Shown here: positions 20,315-29,748 of the stretch, in pieces | Layout of the letters: every line of letters begins with the position of its first letter | Numbering within the stretch: the first letter of the stretch is position 1 | NCBI GenBank assembly: GCA_947598285.1 | Contig: CANQFE010000002.1 | Coordinates: 1-61,104, forward strand | Source: an uncultured Bacilli bacterium | GTDB lineage: Bacteria > Bacillota_I > Bacilli_A > RF39 > UBA660 | Direction: 5' to 3' | DNA: 61,104 nucleotides | Position numbers and translations under genes: made by a program | Notes under the pieces: generated by a model | What the model saw: the letters and a program-made list of their open reading frames with translations, nothing else | Database searches by the model: none | Told to the model about the DNA's origin: nothing

Positions 20315-21447
20315 ATAAAAGAGATTATTATGAAGTATTAGGAGTATCCAAATCAGCTACGCAAGATGAAATTAAGTCTGCTTTTCGAAAGCTTGCGAAG
20401 AAATATCATCCTGATGTAAATAAAGAACCAGATGCTGAAGCTAAATTTAAAGAAATTGGTGAAGCTTATGCTGTTTTGTCAGATGAAAATAAACGAAGAC
20501 AATACGATCAATTCGGTCATGCAGCTTTTGATCAAGCAAGTGGTTCGTATGGTGGATTTAATCCTGGAGATATTGATTTAGATGATATTTTAAGAAGTGT
20601 CTTTGGTGGAGGCTTTGGTGGATTTACTTCTGGATTTTCCGATTTTTCGGATCTTTTTGGCGGGGGTAGTCGAAGTAGTTCTCGGTCTCGAAAAGGAAGA
20701 GACACTTTAGTTCGATTAGATTTAACTTTTGAAGAAGCAGCATTTGGTGTTGAAAAAGAACTGGAACTCACTTTGAATGATACTTGTAGTGAATGTCATG
20801 GTGTCGGGGGCTTTGGTGAAAAAACTTGTGACTATTGTCATGGCTCAGGATATGTAATAAGTGAACAAAGAAGCTTATTTGGAGTGGTTCAAAGTCGTTC
20901 TAGTTGTCCAAAATGTAATGGTCATGGTAAAAGCGTTGAAAGAATTTGTTCTAAATGCAAAGGCACAGGTCAAGTCAAGGCGAAAAAAACGATTTCGATT
21001 CATATCCCGGAAGGGGTTGATAATGGTCATCAATTAAGAATTTCTGGAAAAGGAGAAGCAGGTCTTAATGGAGGGGCCAATGGGGATATTTATTTTGAAA
21101 TTCACGTTAAAGAAAGTTCCTTTTATGAAAGAAACGAAGAAGATTTAACAATTCATGTTCCGGTTACCATTACTGAGGCTGTTTTAGGCTGTAAAAAAGA
21201 AGTCCCTACGATTTATGGAAATGTTATGATGGAAATTAAAGCTGGAGTTCAAAGTGGAACAAAATATAAACTAAAAGGAAAAGGACTTAAAGTTTTAAAT
21301 TCTTCACGACATGGAGATGAATATGTTATTATTGATGTTATCGTACCAACGAAGTTATCTCGTGAACAAAAGAAATTATTTGAAAGTTTAAATGATACTG
21401 ATTTAGAAGAAAGTTCTTTCTTTCGGGAATATCGAAAAAATTTATAA
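20311..21447 (+). CDS. dnaJ: Co-chaperone DnaJ
   Basis: J domain (DYYEVLGV...KYHPD), G/F region and four CxxCxGxG zinc repeats. The TTG start overlaps the pepF TGA. Confidence 0.97.
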   Translation: MNKRDYYEVLGVSKSATQDEIKSAFRKLAKKYHPDVNKEPDAEAKFKEIGEAYAVLSDENKRRQYDQFGHAAFDQASGSYGGFNPGDIDLDDILRSVFGGGFGGFTSGFSDFSDLFGGGSRSSSRSRKGRDTLVRLDLTFEEAAFGVEKELELTLNDTCSECHGVGGFGEKTCDYCHGSGYVISEQRSLFGVVQSRSSCPKCNGHGKSVERICSKCKGTGQVKAKKTISIHIPEGVDNGHQLRISGKGEAGLNGGANGDIYFEIHVKESSFYERNEEDLTIHVPVTITEAVLGCKKEVPTIYGNVMMEIKAGVQSGTKYKLKGKGLKVLNSSRHGDEYVIIDVIVPTKLSREQKKLFESLNDTDLEESSFFREYRKNL

Positions 21448-21524
21448 AAAGTTCTGGAAATCCAGACTTTTTTTCTTTTCCATTCTTTGATACAATAAAG
21501 AAGTAGTGATGTGGTGATGATGAT

Positions 21525-22661
21525 TTGAAAAAAGCTGTCTCTATTCTTTGCCCTGAAAAATGGAAAGTAAATAGACAGGTGAAAGAATTTTTAACACCTG
21601 ATTTTGTTTATTTACCAATTAGTAAAGAGGCAAAAATGTTAACCAAAAAAAGAAATGTTTATAAAGGGGATGCTTTGTATGAATATCAAAAGAAAACATA
21701 TTATAGTCCAATCAGTGGGAAAATTGAGAAAATTGTTTCTCTTAAGCAAGGAGAAAAAGAAAATTATTTTTTAAAAATTTTAAATGATTTTCAAGAAAAT
21801 GATCATTATCAAGGAGTCGAACATACAACTGTTATGCTTACCAATGATTTAAAAGAAAGAATTCGAAACTATCATCATCACTTTTTTGAAGACTTAAAAA
21901 ATTGTGATACTTTGGTTTTATTTGGTTTAGAAAAAGAGCCTTTTTTGGCTAGTCAATCTATTTTACAAGAACATCATATGGATGAGATTTGTCTTTTTTT
22001 AGATACGCTAGCTAGTTGTTATCATATTGATCATATTTTTCTTTATTTTCAGGAAAATGATCAGGAAAGCATTGAAGCCGCTGAAAAAATTTTGAATGTT
22101 TATCCTAAAATGCAAATGATTTTGTTACCACCTTATGTTCCTTATGGAAATCGTTCTTTTTTTCGGCAAACGTTTCTTTCTCATGATCGAGCCTTTTTAT
22201 TATCTTCTTATGAAGTGTTTGATGCATTCTATGAATTGATTAAGTTACGAAAAAAAGATTTTCTTTATCTTACTATTACAGGAGATAGTGTGAAAAATCC
22301 TCAAGTTGTGAAAGTCAAGATAGGAACTGTATTAGAAGATGTAATAAAACACTGTGTTTCTTGTAAAAAAAATAAAATGACAATTTTAAAAAATGGGCTT
22401 CTAGCAGGAGAAGTGGTGGAAGAAAATTTGGTTTTAACAGAGGATGTTCATGGCATTTTTCTTATGAAAACAAAAGAAATAAAGGAAGAAAAATGTATTT
22501 TCTGTGGTAAGTGTAATGCTGTTTGTCCAGTTGGATGTAATCCATATAAAATGGTTCAAACCAAGGGAAAATTCCATGATAGTAGGTGCATTTCTTGTGG
22601 CTTATGTTCTTATGTTTGTCCTAGTCATATCTCAATTTTAGAGAAAGGAGATGAAAAATGA
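21525..22661 (+). CDS. Divergent RnfC-like protein with two 4Fe-4S ferredoxin motifs
   Basis: CIFCGKCNAVCP and CISCGLCSYVCP seen directly. N-terminal barrel-like SPISGKIEKI. The middle region aligns loosely with RnfC (FGLEKEPF in place of NGAECEPY). Confidence 0.5.
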   Translation: MKKAVSILCPEKWKVNRQVKEFLTPDFVYLPISKEAKMLTKKRNVYKGDALYEYQKKTYYSPISGKIEKIVSLKQGEKENYFLKILNDFQENDHYQGVEHTTVMLTNDLKERIRNYHHHFFEDLKNCDTLVLFGLEKEPFLASQSILQEHHMDEICLFLDTLASCYHIDHIFLYFQENDQESIEAAEKILNVYPKMQMILLPPYVPYGNRSFFRQTFLSHDRAFLLSSYEVFDAFYELIKLRKKDFLYLTITGDSVKNPQVVKVKIGTVLEDVIKHCVSCKKNKMTILKNGLLAGEVVEENLVLTEDVHGIFLMKTKEIKEEKCIFCGKCNAVCPVGCNPYKMVQTKGKFHDSRCISCGLCSYVCPSHISILEKGDEK

Positions 22662-23548
22662 TGAAAACATGGGTTCATTTATCCTATGATTCTAAACGAA
22701 CCAAAAAGATTTTACTTTTCTTTCTTTTCCTTCTGTTTGGATATGGATTTTATAAAAATGGCTTATCTTATTTCTTTTTCAAGATGATGTCTTTTTCTGA
22801 TGCTTTAAAACCTCTTTGGTTTGTTTTGATTGGTATTTTTTGTAGTGCAGTTTCTTTTCTTCTTTTTCGTAAGAAAGATTTTTATTCGCTTTTGATTGAA
22901 GGAATCTTAGTTGGTTTACTTCCGCCTCCATCATTTCCACTTCATTGGTTTTTCATTTATACATTTTTCTTTCTTCTTCTTGCTCGTTTTTGGGAACGGA
23001 AGACTTCTCTTATTCCCATGATGCTTTTTTATAAAGTAGGTTTGATTGGTTTTACTTCATTGTTTCAAATTGGTTTACAAAATGTGATAGAACAAACAAC
23101 ACCTTATTATTATGGAACGATTGATGTTGTTTTAGGAAGAGGCTTAGGAGGAGTTGGAACGACATCTATTTTTCTAGTAGTTCTTCTTTTTGGCTTTTTG
23201 GGGAGTGATTTTTATTATAAAAAAGAGATATCTATCTCAGCTTTTTTCAGTTATACTTTTTTGTTCTTTCTTTTCTTTTTTCTTCATCCCGAGTCTTATT
23301 TATTACAAGATTATTTTAATCCTTCTTTCTTTTTTACAATTGTTCTTTTTCTTCCAAGAAATGCTTCTTCACCAGCGACTAAAATGGCCGGATTATTTTA
23401 TGGAGTAGGTGTTGGCATTCTTTCTTATTTTCTTATTCATTGTTTTTCTATTCAAGAAGGGGCTTATCTTTCTTTATTTCTTATCTATTTTCTTTTTCTT
23501 TTACTTCATTTTCTTTGGCTTCTTAGGCAAAAGAAAAATGTAAAATAA
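22658..23548 (+). CDS. Polytopic membrane protein, possibly degenerate RnfD/NqrB-like
   Basis: ATGA overlap with the upstream gene. GRGLGGVGTTSIFLVVLLFG resembles the G-x-IGETS segment of RnfD. Weak call. Confidence 0.35.
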   Translation: MMKTWVHLSYDSKRTKKILLFFLFLLFGYGFYKNGLSYFFFKMMSFSDALKPLWFVLIGIFCSAVSFLLFRKKDFYSLLIEGILVGLLPPPSFPLHWFFIYTFFFLLLARFWERKTSLIPMMLFYKVGLIGFTSLFQIGLQNVIEQTTPYYYGTIDVVLGRGLGGVGTTSIFLVVLLFGFLGSDFYYKKEISISAFFSYTFLFFLFFFLHPESYLLQDYFNPSFFFTIVLFLPRNASSPATKMAGLFYGVGVGILSYFLIHCFSIQEGAYLSLFLIYFLFLLLHFLWLLRQKKNVK

Positions 23549-23649
23549 ATGTCAAATTTTGAAGAAAATTTTCTTTTTTTTCTTTTTTTTCTTTCAAAAA
23601 AAAGGAAATGGACCTTTTACTCGGTATATATATAATTAGGAGGAAAAAT

Positions 23650-25410
23650 ATGCCGAGATTAGCCCAAGAGACAATAGATGAGATCAGAAATTCTACGGAT
23701 ATTGTTGAAATTGTAAAAGAATATGTTCCTCTTACTCAACGGGGAAAAAATTTTTTGGGAATTTGTCCCTTTCATCAAGATCATTCTCCCAGTATGAGTG
23801 TTTCCCGGGAAAAACAAATTTATAAGTGTTTTTCTTGTGGAGCAGCCGGCAATGTCTTTCATTTTGTGAGTGAAATTGAAAGTATTTCTTATATCGATGC
23901 GGTTCGTAAATTAGGAGAACGGCTCGGAATGAAATTAAATACTCAGTCTTTTCATGTCCAAGAAAAATATGAAAAAGAGTATGAAATCATGGCCATCACG
24001 GCTGCGTTTTATCAAAATAATTTAAATACAAAAATGGGCTTGAAAGCGAAAGAATATTTAAAAAACAGGGGATTAGATGAAGAGTTTCAAAAAGAATTTG
24101 GAATTGGCCTTTCTTTTCATCAAAATGAGTTGTCACACTTTCTGGAAAAAAAGAATGTTTCTTGGCAAGATATGATTGATTTAGGACTTGTTCATGAAAA
24201 AGATTTATCTTATCATGATTTGTTTATGAACCGAATTTTGTTTCCAATTCATAATGCTGAGGGAAAAGTTGTTGGTTTTACGGGCCGCGTTTATGAAAAG
24301 GATGCTACGCCAAAGTATTTAAATAGTAAAGAAACGAAAATTTTCCGAAAAGGAACGATTTTATTTAATTATCATCGAGCGAAAGAAGCAATTCGAAGAG
24401 AAAAGAAAGTTATTGTAGTCGAAGGAAATATGGATGCTATTCGAATGTATGTGAGTGGATTTTTCAATACTGTAGCATTAATGGGAACAAGTCTTACGAA
24501 AGAACAAATTCTTTTGCTTCAGAAATTTAGAACACCCATATTATTAATGTTAGACAATGATTCAGCCGGAGCTCTTGCCACGATGAATGTTGGAGATCTT
24601 TTAGAAAAATCTGGATTAACTGTCGAAGTTGTACGATTAAGTGGAAAAAAAGATCCTGATGAATATATTTTAACTTATGGTGTTGAGGCCATGCGAGACA
24701 ATATTATGCATCCCATCTCTTTTCTTGATTTTAAATTACAATTTTTAAAAGAAGATAAAGATTTAAAAGATACTTCTTTATTAGCTCAATATGTCAAAAA
24801 TGTTTTAGTTAGTTTACAAGGGAAAGATGCAATTACAGTTGATATTACCCTTAATAAGTTAGTAGAGGAATATCATTTAAATTATGAAGTTTTAAAGCAA
24901 GAATTGGAAGTGACCGAACAAAAACCGAAAATATTACCAACTGAGGTATCTCCTCCTAAAAAAAAGCAAACTCGTTATGAATTAAGTGTGAATGCAGTGC
25001 TTTATTATATGATGAATGATTCGAAATATATTCAAATGTATCAAAACGAGTTAGGATATTTTAAAGAAGCTCATTATCGAGAGATTGCGAGCGAAATTCT
25101 TTATTATTATGAACTTCATCATACAATGGTTTTCGCTGATTTTCTAAGTTATGTGGAAACTTCTCCTTTAAAAGAGGAAATCATGCGAGTGATTCGAAGT
25201 ATAAATGAAGAAAAATTAACCGAAACTAATATGGAAGAATATTTAAAAATGATTAAGGAGATTACGTGGAAAGAGAAAATTAACTCCTTAAAAGAGGAAA
25301 TGAAAAAAACAACTGATATTCATCAAAAAGAATTAATTGCTATGGATATTACTGATTTAGGGAAAAAGATACAGGAAATTAGAAAAGAAAGAAGTGTTAA
25401 AAATGACTAA
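23650..25410 (+). CDS. dnaG: DNA primase
   Basis: Zinc finger [13 protein letters not shown]...CFSCGAAG. Toprim (VEGNMD, DNDSAG). AGGAGG RBS before ATG 23650. Confidence 0.95.
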   Translation: MPRLAQETIDEIRNSTDIVEIVKEYVPLTQRGKNFLGICPFHQDHSPSMSVSREKQIYKCFSCGAAGNVFHFVSEIESISYIDAVRKLGERLGMKLNTQSFHVQEKYEKEYEIMAITAAFYQNNLNTKMGLKAKEYLKNRGLDEEFQKEFGIGLSFHQNELSHFLEKKNVSWQDMIDLGLVHEKDLSYHDLFMNRILFPIHNAEGKVVGFTGRVYEKDATPKYLNSKETKIFRKGTILFNYHRAKEAIRREKKVIVVEGNMDAIRMYVSGFFNTVALMGTSLTKEQILLLQKFRTPILLMLDNDSAGALATMNVGDLLEKSGLTVEVVRLSGKKDPDEYILTYGVEAMRDNIMHPISFLDFKLQFLKEDKDLKDTSLLAQYVKNVLVSLQGKDAITVDITLNKLVEEYHLNYEVLKQELEVTEQKPKILPTEVSPPKKKQTRYELSVNAVLYYMMNDSKYIQMYQNELGYFKEAHYREIASEILYYYELHHTMVFADFLSYVETSPLKEEIMRVIRSINEEKLTETNMEEYLKMIKEITWKEKINSLKEEMKKTTDIHQKELIAMDITDLGKKIQEIRKERSVKND

Positions 25411-26692
25411 ATTTGAAATGAAAAAAAATGAATTAATTGAAAAAGGACTTTTAGAAGGATATTTATTAATTAGTGAAGTTGTAGAGATTGCAAAAGAGTG
25501 TCGGGCGACAAAAGAACAAATTACTTTGTTTGAACAAGAAATTACGGAGCAAGGAATTGAATTATTAGAAACAGCTCCTATAGAAAAGAAAAATGTGATT
25601 GAAAAAGTAAGAGAAATTAAATCTTTTGAAGAAAGAAAAGAAGAGTTAATTGCGAAAGGAAAAAAGGCAGGCAAAATTACTTATGAAGAACTTGCGACAT
25701 CTTTAAAAGGACTTGATGTTGATAATGATTCATTAGATGATCTTTATAATTCTTTAATGGAAAATGGCATTGAAGTAGTCGGTGAAGATGATGAAGAAAA
25801 TGGGGGAGCTGGAAAAGATCAACCAATTATTTTAGATGATGCTGAAATTACCAAGGATGTCAATATTAATGATCCAGTAAGGATGTATTTAAAAGAAATT
25901 GGTCGTATTTCTTTATTAAGTGCGGAAGAAGAAATGGAATTATCTATTAAAGTTGCGAATGGCGATGAAGTTGCTAAAAATAAGCTTGCCGAATCTAATT
26001 TACGATTAGTCGTTTCGATTGCAAAAAGATATGTTGGTAGAGGTCTTTTATTCTTAGATTTAATTCAAGAGGGAAATATTGGTCTTATGAAAGCTGTCGA
26101 TAAGTTTGATTATGATAAAGGATATAAATTTTCCACTTATGCGACTTGGTGGATCCGTCAAGCTATCACGAGGGCTTTAGCTGATCAAGCAAGAACAATA
26201 CGTGTTCCAGTTCATATGGTAGAAACGATTAATAAAATGGCACGAATTCAAAGACAACTTACTTTGGAACTAAATCGTGAACCATCTGAAGAAGAGATTG
26301 CAAGAAAAATGGGAATATCTGTAGATAAGGTTCGTGATGTCATTAAAATTAGTCAAGATCCCGTTTCTTTGGAAACACCTATTGGCGAAGAAGATGATTC
26401 TCATTTAGGAGATTTTGTTAAAGATATTAATATGATGACTCCAGAAGAATATGCGACTAATGAAATCTTAAAAGAAGAAATTAAATCAGTTTTAGAAACT
26501 TTGCAAGAAAGGGAACAAGAAGTGTTGGAACTTCGTTTTGGATTAATTGATGGAACTAGTCATACGCTTGAAGAAGTTGGAAAACGTTTTAATGTTACAC
26601 GTGAACGAATTAGACAAATTGAAGCCAAAGCATTACGTAAGTTAAGACATCCATCTCGTGCAAAAAAATTAAAGGATTTTTTGACTGATTGA
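25394..26692 (+). CDS. sigA: Primary sigma factor SigA/RpoD
   Basis: Regions 2-4 ([32 protein letters not shown]). The start may be ATG 25403. Overlaps the dnaG end. Confidence 0.95.
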   Translation: MLKMTKFEMKKNELIEKGLLEGYLLISEVVEIAKECRATKEQITLFEQEITEQGIELLETAPIEKKNVIEKVREIKSFEERKEELIAKGKKAGKITYEELATSLKGLDVDNDSLDDLYNSLMENGIEVVGEDDEENGGAGKDQPIILDDAEITKDVNINDPVRMYLKEIGRISLLSAEEEMELSIKVANGDEVAKNKLAESNLRLVVSIAKRYVGRGLLFLDLIQEGNIGLMKAVDKFDYDKGYKFSTYATWWIRQAITRALADQARTIRVPVHMVETINKMARIQRQLTLELNREPSEEEIARKMGISVDKVRDVIKISQDPVSLETPIGEEDDSHLGDFVKDINMMTPEEYATNEILKEEIKSVLETLQEREQEVLELRFGLIDGTSHTLEEVGKRFNVTRERIRQIEAKALRKLRHPSRAKKLKDFLTD

Positions 26693-27345
26693 TGAAAAGT
26701 AGACGTTTAGAAGTCATTTGTGATTTTTTAGCTTTTCATGATCGGATCATTGATATTGGATGTGATCATGCTTATGTTGCTATTGAAATGGCAAGACGGG
26801 GTGCTAAGAAAATATTGGCTACAGATATTCATCCTAATGCTTTAAAAATTGCTCAAAAAAATATTCAAGATGCTCATTTTTCTGAAACTATTGAAACTCA
26901 ATTAGCCGATGGCCTTTCTACTATTGATACTAAAGACTATCAAACTTTAGTGATTGCTGGTATGGGAACATCAACGATTTGTCATATTTTGTCATTAAAA
27001 GAAAAACTCGTTCCCATTCAAAAAATAATTTTACAAACTAATCGTGATTTTTATGAATTACGAAAGTTTATGCAAGAAAATAATTTTACTTTAAAAGAAG
27101 AAAAAGTTATTTTTGAAGAAAATCATTATTATCCTATTATGAAGTATATAAAAGGGAAGCAAAATTTATCGGAAGATGAATTAGAATTTGGTTTTTTTCA
27201 AAAAGAAAATATTTCATATTATCAATTTTTAAAACAAAAATATTGTTCTATTTTAGAGAAAATTCCTCAAACTAGTTATAAGGAAAGAGAAAAATATTGT
27301 AAAAAAATAGATAGTTTAAATTGTTATATAGCAAAATGTCATTAA
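26689..27345 (+). CDS. trmK: tRNA (adenine22-N1)-methyltransferase TrmK-like
   Basis: [13 protein letters not shown] motif. Position directly after sigA, as for B. subtilis yqfN. Confidence 0.7.
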   Translation: MMKSRRLEVICDFLAFHDRIIDIGCDHAYVAIEMARRGAKKILATDIHPNALKIAQKNIQDAHFSETIETQLADGLSTIDTKDYQTLVIAGMGTSTICHILSLKEKLVPIQKIILQTNRDFYELRKFMQENNFTLKEEKVIFEENHYYPIMKYIKGKQNLSEDELEFGFFQKENISYYQFLKQKYCSILEKIPQTSYKEREKYCKKIDSLNCYIAKCH

Positions 27346-27357
27346 AATATTTTTCGT

Positions 27358-27423
27358 GTCAATTGACCTCTGGGGGGGGGGTAATTGATAAAATCATCAT
27401 AAGTAGGTATGGTGATTTTTTAA
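27358..27423 (+). promoter_or_regulatory. Conserved promoter cassette, copy 2
   Basis: GTCAATTGAC 27358-27367. TTGACC 27363-27368. G10 27372-27381. TGaTAAAAT with TAAAAT at 27389-27394. Same inverted repeat and SD as copy 1. Confidence 0.6.
27372..27381 (+). repeat. Homopolymeric G10 tract
   Basis: Ten consecutive G read directly. Confidence 0.95.
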
Positions 27424-29322
27424 ATGAAACTAAAAAATAAAAAAATAATTATAGTATTCAGTATCTTGGTATTAATATGTACAATGGCAGGTGTAAGCTA
27501 TGCTGTCTGGCAAATGACATTAACCCAAGAAGATGATAATTTAATTACATCAAGTTGTTTTCAAGTGACCATGACAGAGAAAAATCCAATTAGTTTACAA
27601 AATGCAATTCCAATCACAGAGCAAGATGGAGAATCTTTAGTTCCTTATACCTTTACCATTCATAATGAATGTGGAGAAAATGCCTTGTATGAAATTCATT
27701 ATGAAATATTAAATAATACAACATTTACTGAAAAAGAAGAACAAGAATTTATTAAAATTAAGTTCCAAGAAGAAAAACCAAAGTTCTTAAATAGTTTAGA
27801 CAAAACAGACAAAACATTAAACAATGCAAGTAGAGCATATGTGATTGAAAGAGGATATATCAAAGCAAATGAAACAAAAAACTATGAATTAAAAGTATGG
27901 TTAGATGAAAACGTGACAGTAGATGATGGTGTTATGGGAAAAATATTTGCAAGTGAAGTAACAATCACAGCCAGATATGACAGAGAAATCCTAACAAGTC
28001 CAGAAGTAGAGTTAGTATTAAGTAGGTGTAGTGATGATATCATAGCAAGTGTTAAGACAAGTGGAAATGTAATAGATACTTATGAATACACAATAGATAG
28101 TGAAGATGCAATAACTGAAAATGAGGCAACACATACGTTTACAGATCAAGGAAGAGGAACAAGGCATCATGTTAAAGTAAAAGTAACAGATGTTTATGGA
28201 AATATAACAGAAAAAGAAGGAGATATAGAAATACCAGAATATCCAACATTACTAGGAAAGCAAATAGGAAAAGATATAGAAGTAGTTACAGAAGGAGAAG
28301 GCTTATATGAAGTAACACATTGTGAAGGAACAATAGAGAATGATGAATTAACAGATGTTCAAAAAGAAGGATTCTTATTAGAAGAATACCGATATGCAGG
28401 AAAGAATCCAAATAATTATATTACATTTAATGATGAAGAATGGCGAATTATCGGTTTAGTAAATGTATTAGTATCTCAAGCTGATGGAAGCGAAAAGGTA
28501 GAACAAAGAGTAAAAATTGTAAAAAATGAAAGCATCGGACAATATAGTTGGGATACTTCACCATCAGATGTCAATAGTGGTTGGGGAGTAAATGAATGGA
28601 GCCAAGCAGATTTAATGAAGTTACTAAACCCTGGATATGAGAACAATCAAGATAAAGATAGTAATGGCTCCGATATTAAAGTCAATAATAGTCTATATTG
28701 GACTGGTGAAAGCGGTAATTGTTATAGTTCTTCTAGAAATCAAAAAAAATCATGTGATTTTGCAAATGGTTTAAATGATGTAGATTCCTATATTGCAAAT
28801 GATATTATATGGAATACAGGAGCAAATCAAAATAATGAAAAATATACTCAATTAAAAGCAAGCGATTTTTATTTAGAAGAGAGATCTAATGGAATTGGAA
28901 AAAATTGCCAACCTAATGATACTTATGTTAATGATTCTGGTACATCATATCATCTTTGTACGGATAGTGTAGAAAGGAAGACAACATGGGAGGGGAAAGT
29001 CGCTTTACTCTATCCGAGTGACTATGGTTATGCATCTGGTGATAGATCATGTTTGGATAGTTATCTTTATAATTGGAGTAGCAACGACTGCTATCAGCAA
29101 AATTGGCTTTTTCAGGAAAAAGATATTTGGACATTAACGACTGGTACTTCAATATATTCTGCTGCAAGTTATATCTTTTTTATTCGATATTTAGGTCATG
29201 TTCCTATGCATTCTGCAGAAACTGGATATTATGTATTCCCAACATTATATTTAAAACCCGAGATAAAAATTGTCAATGGCGAAGGGAAAGCTGATGGTTC
29301 ATATGAATTATCAGAAAATTAA
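27424..29322 (+). CDS. Secreted/surface protein paralog B (distinct N-module + C-module X)
   Basis: Signal-anchor MKLKNKKIIIVFSILVLICTMAGVSYAVWQ. Central beta-rich region. The C-terminal ~340 aa match ORF 11356 (EYRYAGKNPNNYITFNDEEWRIIGLVNVL, YPSDYGYA, PTLYLKPEIKI). Confidence 0.85.
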   Translation: MKLKNKKIIIVFSILVLICTMAGVSYAVWQMTLTQEDDNLITSSCFQVTMTEKNPISLQNAIPITEQDGESLVPYTFTIHNECGENALYEIHYEILNNTTFTEKEEQEFIKIKFQEEKPKFLNSLDKTDKTLNNASRAYVIERGYIKANETKNYELKVWLDENVTVDDGVMGKIFASEVTITARYDREILTSPEVELVLSRCSDDIIASVKTSGNVIDTYEYTIDSEDAITENEATHTFTDQGRGTRHHVKVKVTDVYGNITEKEGDIEIPEYPTLLGKQIGKDIEVVTEGEGLYEVTHCEGTIENDELTDVQKEGFLLEEYRYAGKNPNNYITFNDEEWRIIGLVNVLVSQADGSEKVEQRVKIVKNESIGQYSWDTSPSDVNSGWGVNEWSQADLMKLLNPGYENNQDKDSNGSDIKVNNSLYWTGESGNCYSSSRNQKKSCDFANGLNDVDSYIANDIIWNTGANQNNEKYTQLKASDFYLEERSNGIGKNCQPNDTYVNDSGTSYHLCTDSVERKTTWEGKVALLYPSDYGYASGDRSCLDSYLYNWSSNDCYQQNWLFQEKDIWTLTTGTSIYSAASYIFFIRYLGHVPMHSAETGYYVFPTLYLKPEIKIVNGEGKADGSYELSEN

Positions 29323-29371
29323 AGTTATGATTTTCCTTGAAAAACAAGGTAAAAAGTGATAAAGTGTATAT

Positions 29372-29489
29372 AGATGAAGGAAACTTCATAAAATAAAAAA
29401 GGAACATTCAATGTCGCATGTTGAGTGTTGCCAATATAAGTTGGTATCACCTAAATCATTATTGCTGAGTTAGGTGATTCTTTTATTTT
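29372..29489 (+). ncRNA. Candidate antisense small RNA (type I antitoxin-like), copy 2
   Basis: Promoter TTGAAA (29337-29342)-17 nt-TGaTAAAGT (-10 at 29360-29365). 5' hairpin identical to copy 1 (29374-29389). Hairpin AACATTCAA/TTGAGTGTT (29403-29429). Terminator ATCACCTAA/TTAGGTGAT (29446-29478) plus TCTTTTATTTT. Confidence 0.45.
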
Positions 29490-29566
29490 AGGATTACAAA
29501 TAGTAATATTATAAGTAAAAGGATAATGATAATCAAAAAGAAAATTAAAAAATCCTTCTTGTTCAT
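29483..29566 (-). CDS. Small hydrophobic peptide, type I toxin-like (27 aa, MNKKDFLIFFLIIIILLLIILLFVILK)
   Basis: GGGAGGTG RBS 7 nt upstream of the ATG. Minus-strand TGtTATAAT (-10 at 29635-29630). Minus-strand terminator formed by hairpin 29403-29429 plus a U-run. Confidence 0.45.
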   Translation of the reverse strand: MNKKDFLIFFLIIIILLLIILLFVILK

Positions 29567-29682
29567 ATTATCACCTCCCTTCAATTAAGAAGCTCGGCAA
29601 TCACCCAACTATTGAATATTCCTAAAATAATTATAACACACTTAAAAAAACAAATCAGCTATAAAATAATAATTGTCCACAT

Positions 29683-29748
29683 GTCAATTGACCTCTGGGG
29701 GGGGGTATTTGATAGAATCATCATAAATAGGTATGGTGATTTTTTCAA
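29683..29748 (+). promoter_or_regulatory. Conserved promoter cassette, copy 3
   Basis: GTCAATTGAC 29683-29692. TTGACC 29688-29693. G9 29697-29705. TGaTAGAAT with TAGAAT at 29713-29718. Same inverted repeat and SD. Confidence 0.6.
29697..29705 (+). repeat. Homopolymeric G9 tract
   Basis: Nine consecutive G read directly. Confidence 0.95.

Noticed and set aside
23190-23408. ORF 23190-23408(+) inside the RnfD-like gene
   Set aside because: It is an alternative frame of a hydrophobic membrane-protein gene. Its Phe/Leu/Ile-rich product is expected by chance.
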